Positions 37,738 through 50,680 of a stretch of DNA of 64,000 nt are shown piece by piece. Source of the stretch: Octopus bimaculoides (taxonomy: Eukaryota). The stretch spans positions 98,612,195 to 98,676,194 of the forward strand of contig NC_068984.1 of NCBI RefSeq assembly GCF_001194135.2, given 5' to 3'. A program made the translations under genes and the position numbers. The first letter of the stretch is position 1. Each line of letters starts with the position of its first letter. The notes beneath the pieces were generated by a model that searched no databases, had not been told where the DNA came from, and worked only from the letters and a program-made list of their open reading frames with translations.

Positions 37738-40199
37738 GTAGTAGTAGTAGTAGTAGTGGTAGTGGTAGCAGTGGTAGCAACAGCAGTAGTAGTAGTAGCA
37801 ATGTGTGTGTGTGTGTACGTATATGGAAATACCCATTCATTCGATAGAAACAGTACCAGACAGAACAAAGGAAGTCTGTTATGAAGAACAAAAGCTGAGA
37901 GAAGAAAAAAAAACTACAATAAAAATATTAATTATAAAAAATAGCTCTTAAATCATCTTGTATTTATCTTTCTAATTTTATACCATAGATGTTTCTTTTT
38001 GTGTTTTTTGTTTTAGAAACCATGACCAGTTTGAGAAAAAATGGTACTAGAAAAAGTGTGTGCGTAATATCATTGTATCATGTCTTGTACATAGACATGA
38101 ACATTTAACTCAGATCTTTGCTTTGCAATCATGAGGTCACAGCTTTGGTCTCACTGAACAGCACCTTGATCAAGTGTTTTATACTATAACCATGGTTTGA
38201 TCCAAGCCTTGTCAGTGAAATTGAGGATATGGAAACTGTGAAGAAGCCCATTGAATGGATTTTACCTGTAATTCAACGATTTAATTTTTGTCACACTGAT
38301 GTTACCTGAGAATTACTTTTAATGATAAATGTGTGTGTGTGTGGAATACGCTTACCTACTTACATGTTAATTGACAACCTAGTTCAGATGCACAAACAAT
38401 TAATTGTTCGTTGTCAAAACTGATTTAAGATCCATCATATCAGACACTAAGGTCTAACACTGAGATCTTATCCAGCTTATATAAAATAGCTCTTATCATC
38501 TTTAGCATAATGGACAGTTACTAGTTAAAATTGTTATGACACAAGATGCCATGCTTTTGAATTACAGTGTTTTTCTGCAACTGATTCTCTTTGGCATGTC
38601 ATGAGACACATGGCAAATTTATTCCTCTTCTTTGGATTAATGCAACAAAAATTGGATTCAAGTCAAGAATAAAAGAAACAGTTTTATTGTATCAAAGCAG
38701 AATAGCTGAATATTATTTTCTTATTGTTCTTCTTGTTTTCTACCATGTGAACTAAATTAGAGCCATTGGCAAGTGAAATATCTTAGTGCTTTGTTTTTTT
38801 CCTTTTTCTGTGTCATAAGATATTTCTCCATTAAAACAATCTATATTCTCCTTTCTCATTCTTCTGTTATGATATCTTACTTTCATTGCAGGAATATCAC
38901 TTTTGTCTTTGCTAGTTGAATGACCTTGGTAAAAGCTTCATTAGAAACACCCGTAACACAACAGCACATGGCCAGATAGGTTGCAGTTATCTCACCTTAA
39001 ATTTTAATACTTTGGTGACTTGTTGAAAATTGCAATTCTATTATTACTGGAACAAAAAAGGGATTATGTCACATATATATAAACTCTCCTCCTCGTCATC
39101 GCCACCACCACCACAAACATACTCCTCCTCATCATCATCACCGCCGTTGTTATCATCCTCATCATCATCATAGTCATCGTCCTCCTCCTCCTCTTCACCG
39201 TTGTTATACTCCTCCCCTCATCAACATCATTGTCATCATCATTGTCGTCGTTGTCATCCTCATCATTATCATTGTTGCTGTCATCCTCCTCCTCCTCTTC
39301 ATCATCATCATTGTCATCACCATACCACTATCAGCAGCAGCACCACCACCACCCAACATGGCCTTTTCATCATCGTTATTATCATTATCATCATCATCGT
39401 TATCACTGTCAATGTCATCTCCATTATTGTCATTGTTGTAACGACTAACATTACTACCATCCTTGTTGTCATTGTCATCCAACTATCTATCCATGCTGGC
39501 ATGGGTTGGACAGGTCTATTCCAACACAGCATCTCTCTTCTCACTACCTGTTGCATTAATTTGGGTGTACATACACACCTATAGAGAAAACTGCCAGATG
39601 TGCTTTACTTTCACATGATTTTTCACATCTGGATGCTTTTTCTATCTCACAACATGAACTGGGTTCATTTTATCATACAACTGACACTAAAGAGATTATC
39701 AGCAGTACAATGAACCAGACATTTTTACCCTGTAACAAGTTTTATTTACAATAACTGTTAGTGTTTAGGGTGGTGGATTCTAGATGCTGTCATTATTATT
39801 TTTGCTTTTCAGTTTTGCTGGTTCATCTAGCATTCATTTGAAATTATCATAACTGTAATAGATTATTGAGACAGTTAATGTATTGATGTCTATTATCATA
39901 CTTCTTTCTTTTTTGCATTTAGTTCTATTTTAAGTATTAATCAAAAGTTTCTGCAATATTCCTTCTTTAACTTTTCTTTAATTCTTTTACTCTGTCTAGT
40001 TTATTGATTTCTAAGTATTTCTATGTCCGTAAGAGTTGTAACTGACCTATTAAACTTCCTCATCTTGTTTAATGTTATGCTCTTAATAAATTTTTCTCTC
40101 TTCAAGGTTGTTTTAATGTATTTTTAGAATTCAAATATTGTATGCATTTTACTGGTAAGCCTGTGTGCTGTCAGCAGTAGTATTTCAGTGTATCATCCA

Positions 40200-40680
40200 T
40201 CTGCAGTGAGTCTGTCCATTTAGGTAGGAAAGAAGACAGAACCTCAGTATCATCAGAGAAATAGCTTTGCTCAATATGCAAAAGAGGAGTAAGTGTAAGC
40301 TCCATATGTTGTATCCAATGTTAGCTATGGACACACAAAGGATGAAGCAGCATCACAAGAAGGCTAACAGAGAAGATAAACATTGTATGTGACAAATGCA
40401 CTTTAGTAATACACACTAAGAAAGCACCAGAGAAAAGTTCTCTGACATTAGTTAAGGTAAGAATGGGTTGGAAAAAGTTCAGGGAGCTATTGGCAACAAA
40501 TTACCTGAGAGTGAAGGGTAGATTGTATAACACTTTAACTTGACCTGCAATAATGTGTAGTAATGAGATGTGAGCTTCAAATGCAAAGACTAGAAAGAAA
40601 TGATGCCAGTATGCTTTGATGGATGTGTAATGTTAGAGTGCATGACTACCAGAGTACATGTGAGCTAAGAGAAAGACTGC
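40200..40680 (+). mobile_element. Degenerate RTE LINE fragment (thumb/C-terminal)
   Basis: RVRMGWKKFRELL, LRVKGRLY, RNDASMLxWMCNVR match the frames of the RTE copies at 10.4-12 kb and 48-50 kb. Confidence 0.75.
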
Positions 40681-42269
40681 TTTATTCATGACTAATGTTT
40701 CAAGGATCCATATGTCGGAAATACTGTTAAATACCTCTTAGTCAAGCCATACCATACTCAGACTCTTCATTTCCCTTCTACAATCTTTGGTTATGGTTTT
40801 GTTGACTAGTTTTTAATCTTGATAGCCATATAAGCCTTTAGAATATCCCTTCAGCTCTTCTGGAAACAATTTTATTCTATTCCTGATGCTTAATTGCTTT
40901 CTGCAATTTATTGCAGTTAAAGCTTTGTTTGCTGTAAGAAGGCAGATTATGTGTTTGTAGGTTTTAAGATTTGATCATTCATTAGTCATAAAGATTAAGA
41001 TAGTTTTTATTCTTAGTGAATCAGTTACGCTTTGTTTCTGGCTCCATTAGAATCTCTTTAAACTTCTCCATTAGGACATTATGAGCTTGTGTTAGATCAT
41101 TTAATCAGAAACTTCTTATCTTATCTCTTAGTATCTTCCAGTTTGTTTGTTTTTTTTTGCACCATCTGAGCTATTTGTTCTGTTGTTGTGATCTGTGATT
41201 GATTAAATTGTTTCTTGCTCATGGTGATTCCTTCATTGCTTGTGTTCCATCCTTGCCCAATTCTTCTACTTCTGTTAGTGTATTTAGTATTGATATGAAG
41301 AAAACTGCTCTGAGGTATTTTCCATAGCCATAATGTTAATATACACAGTCTATGTTATTTCTGTTTGTCTCTCTCCCTCCATTCCTCTCTCACTGTCTGT
41401 CTGTCTGTCTGTCTAATATAATAAATGCACAAACTAATTTCTGTGTGTCAGTGTGTCACATTTTGACCTCCTCTCTCACTATTCAATGATACTTCTACTA
41501 TTCCTTGTGCTGGGGTGAGAGTAATATTAAGCATAAAGACAGTTAGATGGTGGCAAAGCCAGAGTGAGAACGAGAAAGGAAAATAGAAGGAGAGAAAGAG
41601 AGACAAAGAAATTTAGGGAGAGTTGATGATTTTTTATTAAAAGTAGTAGTGTTGATGGTAGCAGTGGGAGTAATAATAAAAGAGAAAGTAAGAGTGGGTA
41701 TGTGAGAGAAAGAGGGACTGACCACTGAACTAACATACTGAACACTGATGATAATGGGGTGATAGTAATAGTATGAGCTGCAGTTGTGATAGAGGCGGAG
41801 GCGGTTGTGATGATGGTAGTGGTAGCTGGGGCGGTCAAGGATGACGGTAAGAGTAAGCGATGCGAAAGACAGAGGTGATAGTGGTGGAGGGGAAGGCAGC
41901 GACGTCAAAGGTATTGATGGTGGTGGCATCAGAAGTCTGAATGGTATGTGTATAGCAGATGTGGTGGCAATGGTAGTGGTACTGTTGTTTATCATGCAGC
42001 TTTGCAATAAGTTCCAAGCGACTAATTATATCATTGTTTTGATGAAAATTGTTCTTTACTTGAAAAATATTGTTCAGGTTAAATAAAATTTAATATGTAT
42101 TCAATGCATGAAGTGTCATTGTTGGGCCCAAGGCCTAATGAAGAGCTCTCCACAGGACCTATCTTTAAAGCCACCTGATAGGGTGCCTTTTAACCTAGTA
42201 TATAATAATAATAAAAAGTAACAACAATAGAATGAGTCCTCGATATTAGATAAATAAAGGATATCTATA

Positions 42270-42628
42270 TCATCATCATCATTATCGTTTAACGTCCGCT
42301 TTCCATGCTAGCATGGGTTGGACGATTTGACTGAGGACTGGTGAAACCAGATGGCTACACCAGGCTCCAATCTGATTTGGCAGAGTTTCTACAGCTGGAT
42401 GCCCTTTCTAACACCAACCACTCCTTGAGTGTAGTGGGTGCTTTTACATGCCACCAGCACGAAGGCCAGTCAGGCGGTACTGGCAACGGCCGCGCTCAAA
42501 ATGGTGTATTTTACGTGCCACCCGCACAAGGGCCAGTCCAGGGGCACTGGCAACGATCTCGCTCGAAAGTCCTTACACATGCCGCAGGCATAAGTGCCAG
42601 AAAGGCGACACTGGGCACAGGTGCCAAA
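42270..42628 (-). mobile_element. RTE 3' end / RTE-related short element, young-looking
   Basis: catcatcatcattatcgtttaacgtccgctttccatgctagcatgggttggacg; CpG-rich; reverse complement of the 49800-49965 end. Confidence 0.8.
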
Positions 42629-43899
42629 CAGTAAAAAGTTGATATTATAGTACTCAGAGTTTCAAATGTCGGAGCGACGAGCTACAATGCATTCTCATCA
42701 GCTATTAATGGCAACAGATGCTATGAAAAACCATTGAATAAAAGGGAAGTTACTCTAATAGGTAGAAAAATAAGAAAAGGATAAAGGTAAATACACACAA
42801 CCATATTCCCACAATACATGGACATAAACCTCCTACATTCACAACATCTACATAGCACACACACAAACATGTACATGCACATACACACACACAAAAACAA
42901 GCAAACATATGAGTATGTACATACTCATACATACACACATGCATACGTNNNNNNNNNNNNNNNNNNNNNNNNNNNNNNNNNNNNNNNNNNNNNNNNNNNN
43001 NNNNNNNNNNNNNNNNNNNNNNNNNNNNNNNNNNNNNNNNNNNNNNNNNNNNNNNNNNNNNNNNNNNNNNNNNNNNNNNNNNNNNNNNNNNNNNNNNNNN
43101 NNNNNNNNNNNNNNNNNNNNNNNNNNNNNNNNNNNNNNNNNNNNNNNNNNNNNNNNNNNNNNNNNNNNNNNNNNNNNNNNNNNNNNNNNNNNNNNNNNNN
43201 NNNNNNNNNNNNNNNNNNNNNNNNNNNNNNNNNNNNNNNNNNNNNNNNNNNNNNNNNNNNNNNNNNNNNNNNNNNNNNNNNNNNNNNNNNNNNNNNNNNN
43301 NNNNNNNNNNNNNNNNNNNNNNNNNNNNNNNNNNNNNNNNNNNNNNNNNNNNNNNNNNNNNNNNNNNNNNNNNNNNNNNNNNNNNNNNNNNNNNNNNNNN
43401 NNNNNNNNNNNNNNNNNNNNNNNNNNNNNNNNNNNNNNNNNNNNNNNNNNNNNNNNNNNNNNNNNNNNNNNNNNNNNNNNNNNNNNNNNNNNNNNNNNNN
43501 NNNNNNNNNNNNNNNNNNNNNNNNNNNNNNNNNNNNNNNNNNNNNNNNNNNNNNNNNNNNNNNNNNNNNNNNNNNNNNNNNNNNNNNNNTATATATATAT
43601 ATTGGCTAAACTGGCAATATGACCATCCCCAAGTACAACAACATATATATATATATACACACACTCACTCACATATACACCCTCCTATCACACACCTCCC
43701 CCACACATATACAAACATATGCATATCTGTATAAATGAAGGGGATGTGTGTTTAAGTTTAATAAAATTTAATATGTATTCAATGCATGAAGTGTCATTGT
43801 AAGGCACAAGGCCTAATGAAGAGCCCTCCACAGGAGCCCTCCACAGGCGCCCTCCACAGGAGCTAGCTTAAAAACCACCCTGCATCTATTTCTAGAAAA

Positions 43900-44370
43900 C
43901 TGCTAGAAAACTTTTGCAAGCGATTTTATAGAGATTAGTGAACACGATAATGATATAATCCTCCATGCCAGAAAGACCTTACTCTTCAGTGAGAACACAG
44001 AGCGGGTCAAGACAGCAGACACAGAACGTGGGGTCATATGATGGAACAGGCATATACGATCTCATTGGGCCATTCCTGCTTGTCACATTAGGAAAAGCTT
44101 TTCTTGGTGTATATTTAACTCTTTATAGGGACAATGCTCTAGTTTTAGCTAAGATTACCAATGGACCAGCACAAGGTCGGTTAAGGAAAGATATTATCCA
44201 TCTTATGAAAACATTTGAGCTTAGCATAACAATAAATACTAACCTGACAATTTTCAATTTACAAACCCTATAGAAAGCCCAACTATAGACTTAGTTATAT
44301 TAATGTAGGTTTCTGCACCCCACCCATTGTGTTTAAGAATTTAGTTAAGAATATCAGTAGGAGAATTGTT
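43900..44370 (+). mobile_element. Decayed Penelope-like (PLE) reverse transcriptase fragment
   Basis: Frames read II.HARKTLLF, GSYDG..YDLIG, LYRDN(D)AL, LSITINTNL..FNL, KPN..LSYINV, KNLVKNISRRI, all typical of PLE RTs. A duplicated terminal-repeat-like segment lies at 43760-43880 and 42082-42180. Confidence 0.8.
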
Positions 44371-44689
44371 AAGTGTATGCATGTAAACACCTATGTGTAT
44401 ATGAGGATGAGGTTGCATACACATATATTTTTATACATGTATGCATGTGTGTGTGTACTTTTTATCTTTTTTGTTGTTTTCTTTTTCTACCTATTAGAGT
44501 AACTTCCCTTTCATTCAACAGTTTTTCATAGCATCTGTTGCCATTAATAGCCAACGAGAATGCTTCGTAGCTCTTCACCCTGACATTTGAAACTCTGAAT
44601 ACTATAATGACAACCTTTTACTGTTTATTCTAAATTATAACATATATCACCTGGAAATAGATGCATGACATTCAATTAAATAATATAAA

Positions 44690-44728
<39 letters not shown>

Positions 44729-45049
44729 TATATATATGTGTATGTATATGTACCTTTTGTATTCAATAGAGGTAATAGCTCTCTGAATTTCCTTCATCCT
44801 ATTCTTATTCTAGCTATCATATTCTCTGTGCATCCTCATCCACTATTTATTTGGTCCCCTGGGTAGCAGAAATTATTCACTACCTCTAATGAACCAGCAG
44901 GGCACTTGAGAGAATCAATTTTCCGAGTCTATAGTCTTTATGAATCCTGAACACATATATGTATATATATCATCATCATCATTTAACGTCTACTTTCCAT
45001 GCTGACTGAAGACTGGCAAGCCAGGAGGCTGCATACAGATAGACATGCA

Positions 45050-45052
45050 GAC

Positions 45053-45133
<81 letters not shown>

Positions 45134-45290
45134 GATAGATAAAGAGAGAGAGATAGTGATAGATAAATAGATAGATAGATAAATAAAGATAGAGAGAGTG
45201 ATAGATAGATAGATAAAGAAAGGGCTAGATAGATAGACAGACAAACAGACAGACAAATAGATAGATAGATAGATAGATGATAGACAGTTC
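45050..45290. repeat. (AGAT)n/(AGAC)n microsatellite
   Basis: Direct reading. Confidence 0.95.
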
Positions 45291-45760
45291 ACTTCAATTC
45301 ATGCCAACTGAGTGGAATATACTTCACTGAGGACGTCTAATAATACTAAAACATGCTGTTGCTTTTACTAATTGGCTTTAAAGACCAAATCCATTCCAAT
45401 GTACAATTTACATTTTACTTAGTTCTCACAAAGAAGATCTATGAAATTCTGTCAGTCAAGTTGAATGGAATTGGCACACTAGTAGTTTGGGCAATCTTTC
45501 ATTATATCAGATGTTAGAAGTGGTCAAATAATCTATTTTATAAGCATTGTTTCTTATTTGATATTTTTTTCCTACATTTAATTCTTTTACTTTTTGCGGG
45601 CATTAGACTGTGGTCATTCTGATGCTCCACTTTCAAGGGATTTTAGTTGATTATATCAAATCCAGTTCTGCTTTCAGTATTTGTTTGAAATGTCTACATT
45701 TGGATAAGTTCCCAAAGTGAGGCAGTTTGAGTCATCATTATATATACATACATATATTAT

Positions 45761-45791
<31 letters not shown>

Positions 45792-45918
45792 TATATAAAT
45801 ATACACAGTTTTTGGATTAACCAGGCTTCCATTGGTTTCATGTTGAGTGAGAATATTTATCCACTAATGCAGTGTTCAGCACTTATTCCTCACAGCTTGA
45901 TTTTAACATATGATCATA

Positions 45919-45961
<43 letters not shown>

Positions 45962-46081
45962 TAGCTGGGGTGCTGTCACTGCATCCTCATAGTGCTTCCC
46001 CACCACTTTTGTAGTTTGCATCAAAATCTACTCTCTTGTCTACCATTTGAATTATGATTTTCTCTGTGACCATAACCAGTA

Positions 46082-46475
46082 GGCACAGGAATGGCTGTGT
46101 GGTAAGTATCTTGCTTACCAACCACATGGTTCCGGGTTCATTCCCACTGCGTGGCACCTTGGGCGAGTGTCTTCTACTATAGCCTCGGGCTGACCAAAGG
46201 CTTGTGAGTGGATTTGGTAGACGGAAACTGAAAGAAGCCTGTCGTATATATGTATATATATATGTATATGTTTGTGTGTCTGTGTCTGTACCCCCAACAT
46301 CGCTTGACAACTGATGGTGGTGTGTTTAGGTCCTCGTAACTTAGCGGTTTGGCAAAAAGAGACCGATAGAATAAATACTAGGCTTCTAAAGAATAAGTCC
46401 TGGGGTTGATTTGCTCGACTAAAGGTGGTGCTCCAGCATGGCTGCAGTCAAATGACTGAAACAAGTAAAAGAGTA
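46082..46475 (+). mobile_element. Best-preserved full-length copy of the dominant tRNA-derived SINE
   Basis: A box TGGCTGTGTGG (46092-102), B-box-like GGTTCATTCCC (46135-45), internal microsatellite, tail ending in aagtaaaagagtaaaaag repeats; CpGs retained. Confidence 0.9.
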
Positions 46476-46809
46476 AAAAGAGAGTAAAGAGTATTTTGAT
46501 TCCTCTGTAGCTGCTTCTCTCAAAGGCATCTTTTTTGCCTTTGTAGCAGTTTATGATGATACTGCATACAAGGGTAGCATCATACAAAGGTATAACACCT
46601 TGCTGTATAGGATAACTAACTGTGTATGCACACAGGAGCAGGCTTGGCTGTGCAGTAAGAAGCTTGCTTCCCAACCACATGGTTCTGGGTTCAGTCTAAC
46701 TGCATGATACTTTGAGAAAGTGTCTTCTATAGCCTTAGGTCAACCAAAGCCTTGTGAGTGGATTTGTTGAACAGAAACTTAGAAACCCATTGTATATATA
46801 TGTGTGTGG

Positions 46810-47188
46810 AGATGCAATGGCCCAGAGGTTAGGGGAGTGGATTCATGGTTGTAGGATTGTGGTTTTGATTCTCAGACTGGGCGTTATGAGTGCTTATTGA
46901 ATGAAAACACCTAAAGCTCCACGAGGCTCTGACAGGAGGTGGTGGTGAACCCTGCTGTACTCTTTCAACACAACTTTCTCTCACTCTTTCTTCCTGTTTC
47001 TGTTGTACCTGTATTTCAGAGGGCCAGCCTTGTCACACTCTGTATCATACTGAAACTACCCGAGAACTACGTTAAGGGTACACATGTCTGTGAAGTGCCC
47101 AGCCACTTGCACATTAATTTCATGAGCAGGCTGTTCCATTGATTGGATCAACTGGAACACTTGTCATCGTAACCGACGGAGTACCATG

Positions 47189-47190
<2 letters not shown>
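46810..47190 (+). mobile_element. Second SINE type (tRNA-like head, distinct body ending cgtaaccgacggagtacca)
   Basis: Head atggcccagaggttaggg; the body is shared with decayed copies near 20980-21180 and 38230-38420. Confidence 0.65.
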
Positions 47191-47233
<43 letters not shown>

Positions 47234-48012
47234 TGTTTGGGTCTGTTTGTCCCCTCTGCCACTGCTTGACAACTGGTGTTGGTGTATTTGCATTCTTGTA
47301 ACTTAGTGGCTTGGCAAAAATACGTAACAGAATAACTACCAGACTTAAAAACAGTGCTGGGGTTGATTCCTTCAACTAAAAGTTCTTCAAGATGGCATCC
47401 CAGCATGACTGGAGTCTAATGACGGAAACAAGTAATAGAGATAAAAGATAAAAGACATGCACACACACACACATAACTATGTGAGTACTTATTTAACAAT
47501 TGACCTAAAAGCACATTCTAGTATAAACTGATTTAGTAATATTCTTGATAGAATAAATCAAGAAATTACATATCTGCTAAATTGTCAGCTCTGTCTTTTC
47601 AGGTCTGTCTTTTGAGCTGTCTTTCTCAGCTCTTATCAAAAACATAAAGAGAATTATGTTATACTCCTGACAGGACAGTCAGTTTTGAGTTGCACTTAGA
47701 CTGTATAAAAAGACTTAGTAAGAATGTCACCAAGGAAAGAAAACTGTACGAAGAGCAAAATACAAATTTGGTTCTGTATTCTAAAGATACAGATTGTCGC
47801 CAAGTGGCTGTCTCTGATTTACAGTGGAAACACCAGAAATATGTTCATACTGTCTAAGAGTAAATCAAATTGAATAAAGAATTCAGACAACATGTAACAA
47901 AAATTTATAAATTTAATATTCTAAGTTACTGATGTGACCAGTAAACATAAAACACACACATACACACACACACACGCACTCACGCACACACGCATGCAGG
48001 CACACACACACA

Positions 48013-49965
48013 CACCTGCATCGTAGACCAGGTAGAAAGAGTCATACCCAATGACTGGTGTAGCAGCAACATAGTCAACTATTACAAGGGTAAAGGTGAT
48101 GCTTTAGACAGAAATCAAGTATCAAATTATTGGATCAGGTGATGAAGGTCACAGAGAGGGTCATAGCCCAACTAATTAGGGAGAGAGTTAGCCTAGATGA
48201 GATGCAGTTTGGTTTTGTGCCCGGTAGAAGTACCACTGATGCTATATTTCTGATAAGGCAACTGCAGGAGATATATCGAGCCAAAGATAAACCTCTGTAC
48301 TTGGCTTTTCTTGACTTGAAGAAAGCCTTTGACAGGGTCCTCCGATCCCTTATCTGGTGGTCAATGTGGAAACTGAGGAGAGACAACTGGTTGGTAAGAG
48401 GTGTACAAGCCCTGTACAGGAATGCTGTCAGTAAGGTGAGGGTTGGCAACAAGTATAGTGAAGAATTCCAGGTAGAGGTAAAGGTCCACCAAAGTTCAGT
48501 CCTCGTCCCCCTCTTATTCATTATAGTCCTCCAGGCAGTAGCGTAGGAACTCAAGACAGGCTGCCCTGGGAACACCTCTATGCTGATGACCTTGCTCTTA
48601 TAGTCAAGTCACTCCCAGAATTAGAGACGAAGTTTAGGGTGTGGAAGCAAGGTCTAGAATCAAAGGGCCTTAGGGTTAACCTAGCAAAAACCAAAGTGTT
48701 AGTAAGTAGGAAGGCTGTCAAATCACATTCCCCTTCAGGTAGATGGCCCTGCTCGATCTGTAAAAAAAGGCATGGGTAGAAACTCCATACGATGTACCCA
48801 GTGTAAGCTATGAACTCATAAAAGGTGCAGCAATATCAAAGGAAGGCTAACTGGGAAGATAACTTTTGTGTGTGACAGATGCACAGGGGCAATAAACACT
48901 GAAGATATACAAAAAACAGATATGATCACATGCCGGGGGAAAAAACTAGAAGTAGCTTCCACTACCTAGGCGACCAAATCTGTAGTGGGGGTAGTTGCTC
49001 TGAGAGTGTAGTGGCTAGAATAAGAATAGCCTAGGCAAAGTTCAGGGAGTTCCAGCCTCTGCTGGCAACTAAGGGTCTCTTGCTGAGGATGAAAGGTAGA
49101 CTGTATGATGCATGTGCACGAAATGCTATGCTACACAGCAGTGAAATATGAGCCATGACTGTTGAGGACATGCGTAGTCTTGAAAGAAACGAAGCAAGTA
49201 TGATCCGCTGGATGTGTAATGTCAGTGTGCATGCACTGTAAGTGCCCTGAGAGAAAAGTTGGGCATAAGAAGCATCAAATGTGGTGTGCAAGAGAGATGA
49301 CTGCACTGGTATGGTCATGTGTTACATATGGATGAGGACAACTGTGTGAGGAAGTGCCACTCCCTAACTGTGGAAGGAGCTTGTGGAAGAGGTAGACCTA
49401 GGAAAACATGGGATGAGGTGGTGAAGCATGGCCTTCGAACATTGGGCCTCACAGAGACAATGACAGGAGACTGAGACCTTTGGAGATATGTTGTGAGATC
49501 GCAGCCATGGCTGATGCCAGTGTTACAAGTCTGACCTATTTAAGAGTACCTCTGATGTGTCGGGGAATATGATATGATTGAGAAGACATGTTGAGTTAAG
49601 TACAACCAAAATCGTAGCTGTTGCCAGGTCTGCCTGACTGGCTTCCATGCTGGTTGCACATAAAAAGCACCATCTGAACATGGCTGATGCCAGCACCCAC
49701 TGACTGGCTTCTGTGCTGATGGGACATAAAAAGCACCACCCAAACGTGGATGATGCCAGTACCCACTGACTGGCTCCTGTACTGGTGGCACGTATAATGC
49801 ACCCACTACACTCTCAGAGTGGTTGGCATTAAGAAAGGCATCTAGATGTAGAAACATTGCCAGATCAGACTGGAGCCTGGTGCAGCTGCTGGCTCTCCAG
49901 ACCTCAATCAGACCATCCAACCCATGCTAGCATGGAAAACGGACGTTAAACACTGATGATGATGA
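48013..49965 (+). mobile_element. 5'-truncated RTE-clade LINE with 3' UTR and (GAT)n tail
   Basis: ORF 48130-48546 (MQFGFVPGRSTTDAIF..FLDLKKAFDRV..HQSSVLVPLLF), LYADD, C-terminal GRPRKTW, 66-bp tandem repeats in the UTR, ends ggacgttaaacactgatgatgatgat. Confidence 0.93.
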
Positions 49966-49977
49966 TACATACATACA

Positions 49978-50680
49978 TGTAAAATTTAATATAAACAGCT
50001 ATGTGCAATGTGACATCATAAAGGAAAATAAAATCGTCCCTAAATGCAGCTAAGAGTGCCAAGACACATACATTGCTAGAAATAAGTGCTAAAATACTGC
50101 AGCTGAATGAGTGGTCCTTACTGATAAAGGCTATGGAAACAGCTGAAACTGGATGTTCAATCTAAGGAATTCTTAAGTCTGTGTTTTGGGCGATTGCAGG
50201 CTCTGTCAGCATATATGTATACATTTATGTGCTTTTCCTACAGCAGTAGGAGCTTTTTAGCTCTTATTTCTAGCAATGTAGGCATCTTGCCACCCTTAGT
50301 CACATTTAGTGAGGATTGTATTTTTCCTTTATAAAATCACATTGCGCATAGCTGTTTATACTAAGTTTTGTATACACATTAGTGATCCACTAAATAATCG
50401 ATAATTTTTTATGTTAAATACATATATGCTGATGGGCGGATTGGCCTGGAATCAGCCAAATGAGTGGTCCTTATTGATGAAGGCTATGCAAATATCTGAA
50501 TATGACGTTCAGTCTAAAGAATTCTTGAGTCAGTGTTTTTGGCAATTGCTGTCCCTGTCAGCATATGTATATGTATACATTTATGTGCTATTCCTACAGC
50601 ATTAGGAGCATTTTAGCTCTTATTTCTAGCAATGTAGGTGTCTTGAAACCTTTAATCGCATTTAGCGATGATTGTATTTT
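49978..50680 (+). mobile_element. Second PLE/retrozyme-like element: inverted partial copy plus two tandem units (offset 353) each with a decayed HHR
   Basis: 49978-50095 is the reverse complement of about 50255-50375; 50107.. repeats at 50460..; HHR motifs at 50116-50167 and 50469-50519. Confidence 0.75.
50116..50167 (+). ncRNA. Decayed type I hammerhead motif
   Basis: CCTTA-CTGATAA-aGGCT-atggaaac-AGCT-GAA-ACTGGATGTTCAAT-C-TAAGG; stem I CCTTA/TAAGG is perfect, the core has a G>A change. Confidence 0.6.

Noticed and set aside
38016-38110. Frame reading ETMTSLRKNGTRK.. as a possible exon after ..FLDD
   Set aside because: The AG acceptor would need phase 1, but the upstream donor gives phase 0.
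38892-38930. Very strong splice acceptor (ctttcattgcag|gaatatc)
   Set aside because: All three frames hit a stop before any donor, so it is not the next kinesin exon.
45327-45360. CTGAGGAcgtctaataatactAAAACATGC HHR-like string
   Set aside because: The core G is lost and stems I and II do not pair convincingly; left uncalled.
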